This document shows positions 56,543-64,000 of a stretch of DNA of 64,000 bases, in pieces. The stretch's first letter is position 1, and each line of letters opens with the position of its first letter. The notes beneath the pieces were generated by a model. That model had not been told where the DNA came from, ran no database searches, and worked only from the letters and a program-made list of their open reading frames with translations. The stretch is from an uncultured Chloroflexia bacterium (GTDB lineage: Bacteria > Chloroflexota > Limnocylindria > Limnocylindrales > CSP1-4): NCBI GenBank assembly GCA_963720755.1, contig CAVRGP010000011.1, positions 160,001 through 224,000 on the forward strand, written 5' to 3'. Made by a program: the position numbers and the translations under genes.

Positions 56543-57979
56543 GTGAGCCATCCGAGCCCCGACGCCGCCGACGGTCTGTGGCGGTCCGATCGCCGAGCCC
56601 TGACGACCGGTCTCATCCTGACCATCACCCTGGTCGCCTTCGAGGCCCTCGCGGTCTCGACCGTGATGCCCATCGCGGCCCAGCAGCTGGGCGGCCTGGA
56701 GCTGTACGGCTGGGTCTTTTCGGCGTTCTTCCTCGGCGCGCTGATCGGCATCGTCGTCGTCGGCGGCGTGATCGACCGGGGAGGACTGGCGATCCCGTTC
56801 GCGGTCGGGCTCAGCCTGTTCGCGCTGGGGCTGCTCGGCGGAGGCCTGGCTCCATCGATGGGGGTCCTCGTGGCCGCCCGCTTCCTCCAGGGCCTCGGCG
56901 CCGGCGCCCTCCAGCCGATCGCCTACGTCGCGATCGGGCGAACGCTCCCTGAGCGTCTTCGGCCCCGGATGTTCGCCACCTTGTCGACGGCCTGGGTTCT
57001 GCCCGGCGTGGTCGGTCCCGCGATCGCCGGGGCCATCGGCGAGTCATTCGGCTGGCGCGCCGTGTTCCTCGGGCTGCTCCCGCTCATCGCGATCGCCGGG
57101 TTGCTGACCCTTGGGGCGCTCCGCAACGTGGCGGCACCGCCGCCTCTCGACGACGAGGGGATCGTCGCTGCCCGGTCGGCTCGCCGTGGGCGATTGCCAT
57201 TGGCGATCGCCGTCGCCCTCGGGGCGGGCCTGTTCACCCTCGGCCTGACCACCGGTGAGGTGCTGCCGACGATCATCCTCGTCGTCATCGGCACGGCGAT
57301 CGGCCTGTTCGCGATCCAGCGGCTGACCCCGGCGGGGACGCTGAAGGCGCGACCGATCCTGCCCGCGGCGGTATTGCTCCGAGGCATCCAGACGTGCGCC
57401 TTCTTCGGGGTCGATGCGTTCGTCGCCCTCACTCTCGTCGAATGGCGAGGCGTGTCGGCGACCGCTGCCGGCGTGGCCCTGACCGCCGCGACGATCGCCT
57501 GGACGGCCGGCGCCTGGATCCAGGCACGTGGCGCGTCACGCTGGCCGACCTACCGGTTCGTCCAGGTCGGCTGGGTGCTCATCCTGGTCGGTCTGGCTGG
57601 GATGCTGCTCGTCCTCGTCCCGGAGATCTCCTGGCTGATCGTCCTGCCGACGTTCGGGCTGGCCGGCCTCGGGATGGGGCTGTCGTATGCACCGATCACG
57701 CTCATCGTCCTGCGCGAGGCATCGATCACCACCCAGGGCGCCGCGACCAGCGCGCTGTCGCTGACCGATTCCCTCGGCGCCACGCTCGGAACCGGGATCT
57801 CCGGTGCGATCATCGCCGCCGGGATCCGCTCGACCGGTGCGCCCGCGGCCGGCCTCGCCGTCTCGTTCATCGTGGCCATCGCGATCGGTGCGGTCGGCCT
57901 GCTCCTGACCGGGCGCCTGCGGCCCGGACCGGCCCCGATCCCGGCCCTGGTGATGGCAGCGAGCCCGCCGCCATCGTGA
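56543..57979 (+). CDS. MFS transporter (DHA2-like, about 14 TM)
   Basis: AFEALAVSTVMP, YGWVFSAF, ARFLQGLG, GWRAVF. Confidence 0.9.
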   Translation: MSHPSPDAADGLWRSDRRALTTGLILTITLVAFEALAVSTVMPIAAQQLGGLELYGWVFSAFFLGALIGIVVVGGVIDRGGLAIPFAVGLSLFALGLLGGGLAPSMGVLVAARFLQGLGAGALQPIAYVAIGRTLPERLRPRMFATLSTAWVLPGVVGPAIAGAIGESFGWRAVFLGLLPLIAIAGLLTLGALRNVAAPPPLDDEGIVAARSARRGRLPLAIAVALGAGLFTLGLTTGEVLPTIILVVIGTAIGLFAIQRLTPAGTLKARPILPAAVLLRGIQTCAFFGVDAFVALTLVEWRGVSATAAGVALTAATIAWTAGAWIQARGASRWPTYRFVQVGWVLILVGLAGMLLVLVPEISWLIVLPTFGLAGLGMGLSYAPITLIVLREASITTQGAATSALSLTDSLGATLGTGISGAIIAAGIRSTGAPAAGLAVSFIVAIAIGAVGLLLTGRLRPGPAPIPALVMAASPPPS

Positions 57980-58074
57980 CCGGGCCCGGTCCCCGGTGCC
58001 TGCGGTAGACTTCGTGCCCTCAGGCGGTCCGCTCACCCGCGCCGCACCCGTTGTGCATTGGAGGCCCCGATATC

Positions 58075-58596
58075 GTGTCTGCAGACGAGCTGCGCGCGAA
58101 GATCCGCGAGGTCCCCGACTTCCCGAAGCCCGGGATCCTGTTCTACGACATCACGACCTTGCTCAAGGACCCCGTCGCCTACAAGCAGGCCATCGACGAG
58201 ATGCTCGCGCCGTACACCGGCGAGCAGATCGACATCGTCGTCGGCATGGAGTCACGCGGCTTCATCTTCAGCGCGCCGATGGCCTACCAGCTCGGTGCCG
58301 GTCTCGTCCCGGTTCGCAAGCTCGGGAAGTTGCCGGCCGAGACGATCACGGTGGAGTACGCCCTGGAGTACGGATCGAACACGCTGGAGATCCACCGCGA
58401 TGCGATCGTCCCGGGCCAGCGGGTCCTCGTCGTCGACGACCTGCTCGCGACCGGCGGCACGGTCCATGGCACGATCGACCTCGTCGAGCGCCTGAAGGGA
58501 GAGGTCGTCGGACTCGCCTTCCTCGTGGAACTGGAGTTCCTCAACGGCCGCGATCGCCTGGACGGACGCCGGGTGACGAGCGTCATCAAGTATTGA
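58075..58596 (+). CDS. apt: Adenine phosphoribosyltransferase
   Basis: [42 protein letters not shown]. Confidence 0.97.
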   Translation: MSADELRAKIREVPDFPKPGILFYDITTLLKDPVAYKQAIDEMLAPYTGEQIDIVVGMESRGFIFSAPMAYQLGAGLVPVRKLGKLPAETITVEYALEYGSNTLEIHRDAIVPGQRVLVVDDLLATGGTVHGTIDLVERLKGEVVGLAFLVELEFLNGRDRLDGRRVTSVIKY

Positions 58597-58623
58597 CGGT
58601 CGCTCCGCAGCGAGGCGCGAAGA

Positions 58624-59997
58624 TTGACCGAACCCACTGACGACGACAGCGCGACGCCGAAGTCGCCCACGACGCCCGGGGTCGATGTCGCCCGGCGCGG
58701 CTTCTTCCGGGTGTTCGCGGCCGAGGTGATCCAGACGGCCGCGACCGTTGCCGGTGCAGCTCAGGCCCTCCAGCAGGCGTCCGCCGAGGCTGCCAGCGTG
58801 CTGATCGGAGCCGGGACGACGGAGGCTGCGCCGTCGCCGGTGGCGATCGACCTCGCCCCGGCGGGTGCCCCGGTCGGGTTCCGGACCCCGTTCCGGGAGG
58901 ATGGCGGCACGCTCTATCTGATCGATCAGCGGCGCCTTCCTGACGCGCTTGTCGAGTATCCCTGCAAGTCGGCCGGCGAGGTCGGCTATGCGATCCGCGA
59001 GATGGTCGTCCGCGGCGCGCCGGCGATCGGCCAGGCGGCTGCCATCGGGCTGGCGCTGAGTGCCGAGGTGATGCGCGACAGTCGACCGTTCGCCCGACGA
59101 GCGACGCTCCGTGGCGCCGCCAATGTCCTGATCGGCACCCGGCCGACGGCCGTCAACCTCCGCTGGGCGGTGGACCGGGTGATGGCCCGCTACACGGACA
59201 TCGGCGAGCTGTCCGAGGACGGCGGCGCGATCGCCGACGCGATGCGTGCCGAGGCCGACGCGATCGTCTTCGAGGCGACGACCGATCACGGTCGCCTGGC
59301 GAGCTTCGGGCTCGACGTCCTGCCGACTCCGCCCGACCGGCCGGTCCGGATCCTGACCCACTGCAACACGGGGCCGCTCGCATGCGGTCAGTACGGCACG
59401 GCCCTCGGCATCGTCCAGGTCGCCCACCATGCGGACCGACCGGTCCATGTCTGGGTCGACGAGACTCGACCGTATCTTCAGGGGGCTCGACTGACGGCCT
59501 GGGAACTGGCCCAGGCGGGCGTGCCGCACACGCTCCTCCCCGACGTGGCAGCGGGGCACCTCATGGCGTCCGGTGAAGTCGACATCGTCCTTGTCGGCGC
59601 CGATCGGGTGGCGGCGAACGGCGATACGGCCAACAAGGTCGGGACGTATCCACTGGCCGTCCTGGCGGCTCGCCACGGCATCCCGTTCTATGTCTGCGCG
59701 CCGACCAGTTCGATCGATCTCGGGACGACCGATGGCGCCGCGATCACGATCGAGGAGCGCAGACCCGAGGAGGTCCTCGAGTTCCGCGGCGTCCGGATCG
59801 CGCCACCCGGGACCGAGGTCCGGAACCCGGCCTTCGACGTGACCCCGGCCGACCTGATCACCGGGATCGTCACGGAGGAGGGTGTCATCCGGTCACCCTT
59901 CGAGCCGGGTCTCATCGGGGCGGTCGAGGGCGCCGATGTCCGCTGGGGAAGGCCGTCGCGGCCCGAACCGGCCGACGCCCCACCGGCGACGGACTGA
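58624..59997 (+). CDS. mtnA: S-methyl-5-thioribose-1-phosphate isomerase with N-terminal extension
   Basis: [64 protein letters not shown]. Confidence 0.95.
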   Translation: MTEPTDDDSATPKSPTTPGVDVARRGFFRVFAAEVIQTAATVAGAAQALQQASAEAASVLIGAGTTEAAPSPVAIDLAPAGAPVGFRTPFREDGGTLYLIDQRRLPDALVEYPCKSAGEVGYAIREMVVRGAPAIGQAAAIGLALSAEVMRDSRPFARRATLRGAANVLIGTRPTAVNLRWAVDRVMARYTDIGELSEDGGAIADAMRAEADAIVFEATTDHGRLASFGLDVLPTPPDRPVRILTHCNTGPLACGQYGTALGIVQVAHHADRPVHVWVDETRPYLQGARLTAWELAQAGVPHTLLPDVAAGHLMASGEVDIVLVGADRVAANGDTANKVGTYPLAVLAARHGIPFYVCAPTSSIDLGTTDGAAITIEERRPEEVLEFRGVRIAPPGTEVRNPAFDVTPADLITGIVTEEGVIRSPFEPGLIGAVEGADVRWGRPSRPEPADAPPATD

Positions 59998-60863
59998 TGG
60001 CGACGGTCGCCGTCGGGCGCGGCGGGTCGGTCACGGCCCGGGCCACGACCGACAAGGGCGCGCTTCGCTCGTTCCTGGAGCAGGACCGCCTGTATGCCGC
60101 CTATGCCCTGTGCGACCTGGAGGAGCGTGAGTTCGTTCGGACCCGGTGGGGGATGGCCTGGGAGGCGGACCGACCCATCGCCGTGGTCCTTGAATACAAC
60201 GGCCCCACGCCCCAGCCGATGTTCGTCATGGGCCGCGAGGACGGCGTCGCGGTCATCCTCCGGAACCTCATCCGGCCGCGGATCGCCTACGTCGCTGCGC
60301 CCGCGTCCGTCCTGCCGGCCATCGAGACCGCCTACCGGGTGGACCCGGGTCCGGCGATGGTGCGGATGTGGGTCGACCGGTCGACATTCCGACCGTATCC
60401 GGCGGGCGTCCAGCGCCTGCTGCCGGTCGAGATCGGCGACCTGAATCGGCTCTACCAACTGGGCTTCGCGTCGTGGTTGCCGGCGACCGCGATCGGCGAC
60501 GGCGTCTACTACGGTCTGCGGGTCAACGGCCAACTGGTCGCTGCGGCCGGGACGCACGTCGTGAGCCCCGGCGCTCGCCTGGGCGTCGTCGGCAACGTCC
60601 TGACCCACGTCGACTATCGTGGACGTGGCTTTGCGACCGCGGTGACCGGCGCTGTGACCGCGGAATTGCTGCGGACGTGCGATCAGGTCGTTCTCAACGT
60701 ACGATCGGACAACCCACCCGCACTCAACGCGTATCGCCGACTTGGCTATGCGGAGCACCTTCGATTCGAGGAGCGCCTCGTCCATCGCCTTGGCTCGCCG
60801 TGGCCGGATCTGTCGGCCTCGCTCCGCCGTTTCTTCACGCGCAAGGAGACCGACACCCGATGA
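59997..60863 (+). CDS. GNAT family N-acetyltransferase
   Basis: C-terminal GNVLTHVDYRGRGFA, LNVRSDNPPALNAYRRLGY. Confidence 0.88.
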   Translation: MATVAVGRGGSVTARATTDKGALRSFLEQDRLYAAYALCDLEEREFVRTRWGMAWEADRPIAVVLEYNGPTPQPMFVMGREDGVAVILRNLIRPRIAYVAAPASVLPAIETAYRVDPGPAMVRMWVDRSTFRPYPAGVQRLLPVEIGDLNRLYQLGFASWLPATAIGDGVYYGLRVNGQLVAAAGTHVVSPGARLGVVGNVLTHVDYRGRGFATAVTGAVTAELLRTCDQVVLNVRSDNPPALNAYRRLGYAEHLRFEERLVHRLGSPWPDLSASLRRFFTRKETDTR

Positions 60864-62137
60864 CGACCGCCAGCACCCCGCCGATCCACGATGTGACGGA
60901 CCTCAGCCTCGCCGCCGAGGGCGTCCGCCGGATCGAGTGGGCCGAGCGCGAGATGCCCGTCCTTCGCCTCATCCGTGAGCAATTCGAACGTGAGCGACCC
61001 CTCGAGGGGCTGCGCATCGGGGCATGTCTTCACGTGACCACGGAGACGGCCAACCTGATGCGGACCTTGAAGGCCGGCGGGGCGTCGGTCGTGCTGGCCG
61101 CGAGCAACCCGCTCTCGACCAAGGACGATGTCGCGGCCGCCCTGGTCTCGGAGTACGGGATCGCCGTCCTCGCTCGGCGCGGTGAGGATCGCGACACCTA
61201 CTACGCCCACCTCGAGGCGGTCGCCGACACGCATCCGCAGGTCACCATGGACGATGGCTGCGACCTCGTCTCGCTGCTCCACAGCAGCCGGCCGGCCCAG
61301 GTCGCCGAGGTCCTGGCCGGGACCGAGGAGACCACGACCGGGGTGATCCGGCTGCGAGCGATGGCGGCCGACAACGCCCTCGGGTTCCCGGTCATCGCGG
61401 TCAACGAGGCGCAGACGAAGCACCTGTTCGACAACCGCTACGGGACGGGCCAGAGCACGCTCGACGGGATCCTGCGAGCGACCAACATCCTCATCGCCGG
61501 CCGCCGAGTGGTCGTGGCGGGGTATGGCTGGGTCGGGAAGGGCATCGCCTCGCGGATGTCCGGACATGGCGCCCACGTCGCGGTGGTGGAGGTCGATCCG
61601 GTCCGGGCGCTGGAGGCCCTCATGGACGGATTCTCGGCGATGACCGCGATCGAGGCGGCCGCCTGGGGTGACCTGTTCATCACCGCGACCGGGAACATCA
61701 ACGTGTTCCGGCGCGAGCACTTCGAGGCGATGCGTGACGGCGCGATCATGGCCAACTCGGGTCATTTCGATGCCGAGCTGGATCTCGCTGCACTGCGCGA
61801 ACTCGCCGAGGGACACGTCCGGGAGGTCCGCGAAAACGTCCAGGAATTCGACCTCGGCGGCAAGCGGATCAACCTCATCGCAGAAGGCCGACTGGTCAAC
61901 CTCGGCGCTGCCGAAGGTCATCCGGCGGCCGTGATGGACATGAGCTTCGCCAACCAGGCGCTGTCGGCCGAGTATGTCGCCGGACACCACGCCGAGCTCG
62001 AGGCCCGGGTCTACGTCGTTCCCGAGGCGATCGACGCGGAAGTCGCCAGGCTCAAGCTGGCGGCCCGGGGCATCGTGCTCGAGCCGATGACGGCGGAGCA
62101 GACCGAATACATGGCCTCCTGGCAGCATGGGACCTGA
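60860..62137 (+). CDS. ahcY: Adenosylhomocysteinase
   Basis: WAEREMPVL, CLHVTTET, SNPLST, EETTTG, KHLFDNRYGTGQS, GRLVNL..AEGHP. Confidence 0.97.
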   Translation: MTTASTPPIHDVTDLSLAAEGVRRIEWAEREMPVLRLIREQFERERPLEGLRIGACLHVTTETANLMRTLKAGGASVVLAASNPLSTKDDVAAALVSEYGIAVLARRGEDRDTYYAHLEAVADTHPQVTMDDGCDLVSLLHSSRPAQVAEVLAGTEETTTGVIRLRAMAADNALGFPVIAVNEAQTKHLFDNRYGTGQSTLDGILRATNILIAGRRVVVAGYGWVGKGIASRMSGHGAHVAVVEVDPVRALEALMDGFSAMTAIEAAAWGDLFITATGNINVFRREHFEAMRDGAIMANSGHFDAELDLAALRELAEGHVREVRENVQEFDLGGKRINLIAEGRLVNLGAAEGHPAAVMDMSFANQALSAEYVAGHHAELEARVYVVPEAIDAEVARLKLAARGIVLEPMTAEQTEYMASWQHGT

Positions 62138-64000
62138 TCCAGCGACCGATCCGACGATCGCCCCGTATGGGTCCTGGTCATCGCCGATCCGGATCGACGA
62201 TGCGGTGACCGATGACATCACCCTTGGCGAGCCATGGATCGACGGCGACGACGTCTACTGGATCGAGGGTCGACCGGCCGAGCGCGGGCGACGGGTCCTC
62301 GTCCGCGCCGGCGCGGACGGTTCGACGATCGACCTGACCCCGGAGCCGATCAATGTCCGAACAGGCGTTCACGAATATGGCGGCGGATCCTACGTGGTCG
62401 CCGGTGGGATCGTGGTCTATTCGGACGCGCGGGACGGCCGCCTGTACCGGCTGGACCCGGGTGACAGCTCGCCCGTCGCGATCACCCCACCAGGGCCGTG
62501 GCGCTACGCCGACCTGCGACCCGACCTGGCACGCCGCCGTTTCTATGCGGTCCGAGAGGACCATGGCGCCGGAAGCGAGCCGGCAAATACGATCGTCGCG
62601 GTCCCGCTCGATGGCGGTGACGCCCGGGTCCTCGTCCATGGACCGGACTTCGTGGCAGCCCCACGACTCTCGCCCGATGGGACTCGCCTGGCCTGGCTGG
62701 AGTGGGACCACCCGGACATGCCCTGGGACGCCACCCGGCTGCGGGTGGCCACGATCGAACCGGACGGCACCCTCGGTCCTGCGACCCTCGCGGCCGGGGG
62801 GCCCGACGAGTCGATCGTCCAGCCGGAATGGGGCCCCGATGGGACGCTCCATCTGATCAGCGACCGAACGGGCTGGTGGAACCTCTACCGCCTGCTCGAC
62901 GGGCCGCGCCTCGAGCCCCTCGCCGCGATGGAAGCCGAGTTCGCCGATCCGTCTTGGATCTTCGACCGAAGTTCGTATGCATTCCTGCCGGATGGCGGGA
63001 TCGTGGCCGTCGCCCGCGCGTCGGGCCGTGACCACCTGTACCGGATCGACCCTGAGCTCGGGCTTGCTGAGATCCCGGTTCCGTTCACGGAACTCGACGG
63101 TCTGCGGACCGGCGACTCGACCGTGGTCGCCCTGGCCGGGCGACCCAGCGAGCCGATGATCGTGGCGCGGTTCGATGCGCGCACGCTGGCTCCGGCCGGT
63201 GTCCTCCGTCGTGCGGCTTCGATCGCCATCGAACCCGGGATGACGTCGATGCCGGAAACCATCGAATTCCCGACGACCCACGGGCGGACGGCATTCGCCC
63301 TGTTCTATCCACCCACCAATCCGGCATATGCGGCCCCGGACGGGGAGAAGCCACCCCTGGTCGTCCGGGTCCACGGTGGCCCGACAGCGAATGCATCGTC
63401 ATCGATGGACCTCGGCAAACAGATCCTGACCAGCCGAGGGATCGCCATCGTCGACGTGGACTACGGCGGGAGCACCGGATACGGACGGGCCTACCGCCGT
63501 CGCCTGAACGGCGAGTGGGGTGTGGTCGACATCGACGATTGCGTCGCGGCGGCTCGCTTCCTGGTCGAGCGCGGCGACGTGGATCCCGACCGGCTGGCGA
63601 TCGAGGGGGGCAGCGCCGGGGGGTACACGACGCTGGCCGCGCTGACCTTCCGGAAGGTCTTCAGCGCAGGCATCAGCTTGTTCGGCGTGGCCGATGTCAC
63701 CCTGCTGATGACCGACACCCACAAGTTCGAATCACGCTATCTCGACCGCCTGATCGGTCCGTATCCGGACGCCGCGGACCGATACCACGACCGTTCGCCG
63801 ATCCATTTCGTCGACCAGATCGACGTTCCCGTGCTCATCCTGCAGGGACTCGACGACAAGGTCGTCATCCCGGCCCAGGCCGAGCGGATCGTGGCCGCCC
63901 TGGCCGACCGGCACATCCCCCACGCGTACCTCGCGTTCGAGGGCGAGGGACACGGGTTCCGTGGCGCGTTTGCGATCCGGCGGACGCTCGAGGCCAGGCT
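62127..64000 (+). CDS. S9 family (prolyl oligopeptidase-like) peptidase, 3'-truncated
   Basis: Read by hand: APYGSWSSPI, HEYGGG, VHGGPT, GGSAGGY (Ser), QGLDDKVV (Asp), FEGEGHGF (His). No stop before the window end. Confidence 0.92.
   Translation, partial: MGPDPATDPTIAPYGSWSSPIRIDDAVTDDITLGEPWIDGDDVYWIEGRPAERGRRVLVRAGADGSTIDLTPEPINVRTGVHEYGGGSYVVAGGIVVYSDARDGRLYRLDPGDSSPVAITPPGPWRYADLRPDLARRRFYAVREDHGAGSEPANTIVAVPLDGGDARVLVHGPDFVAAPRLSPDGTRLAWLEWDHPDMPWDATRLRVATIEPDGTLGPATLAAGGPDESIVQPEWGPDGTLHLISDRTGWWNLYRLLDGPRLEPLAAMEAEFADPSWIFDRSSYAFLPDGGIVAVARASGRDHLYRIDPELGLAEIPVPFTELDGLRTGDSTVVALAGRPSEPMIVARFDARTLAPAGVLRRAASIAIEPGMTSMPETIEFPTTHGRTAFALFYPPTNPAYAAPDGEKPPLVVRVHGGPTANASSSMDLGKQILTSRGIAIVDVDYGGSTGYGRAYRRRLNGEWGVVDIDDCVAAARFLVERGDVDPDRLAIEGGSAGGYTTLAALTFRKVFSAGISLFGVADVTLLMTDTHKFESRYLDRLIGPYPDAADRYHDRSPIHFVDQIDVPVLILQGLDDKVVIPAQAERIVAALADRHIPHAYLAFEGEGHGFRGAFAIRRTLEAR

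Noticed and set aside
57980-58623. SAH, SAM or purine riboswitch ahead of apt or mtnA
   Set aside because: The intergenic stretches are short and show no recognisable consensus; only a TAGACT -10 box and a GGAGG SD were seen.

Overview
High-GC bacterial chromosomal window with no tRNA, rRNA, CRISPR or mobile element visible. The GAAC-N4-GTTC SOS box, CIRCE/HrcA and Firmicute-like gene order suggest Chloroflexota, possibly Ca. Limnocylindria (inference). From left to right: the end of an SOS mutagenesis cassette (ImuB-like gene plus a separately encoded ImuB-C-like protein); a divergent DUF4260/TetR pair with small membrane ORFs; a LexA-boxed, oversized 1594-aa DnaE2 with a ~390-aa repeat-rich insertion; a candidate structured RNA; a lamin-tail/multi-OB-fold surface protein next to uridine phosphorylase; gap-pgk-eno; S20 with an Ala/Lys-rich tail; lepA-hemW-hrcA-grpE-dnaK; a TetR-led menF-D-H-B-A-C-E-G operon with no menI but an alpha/beta-hydrolase fused to MenE; an ABC exporter; UDG; dnaJ-prmA-HIT-rpsU-yqeY-7TM/HD-ybeY; pth-mfd; and apt-mtnA-GNAT-ahcY followed by an S9 peptidase. 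All calls come from reading motifs by eye; no database searches were run.
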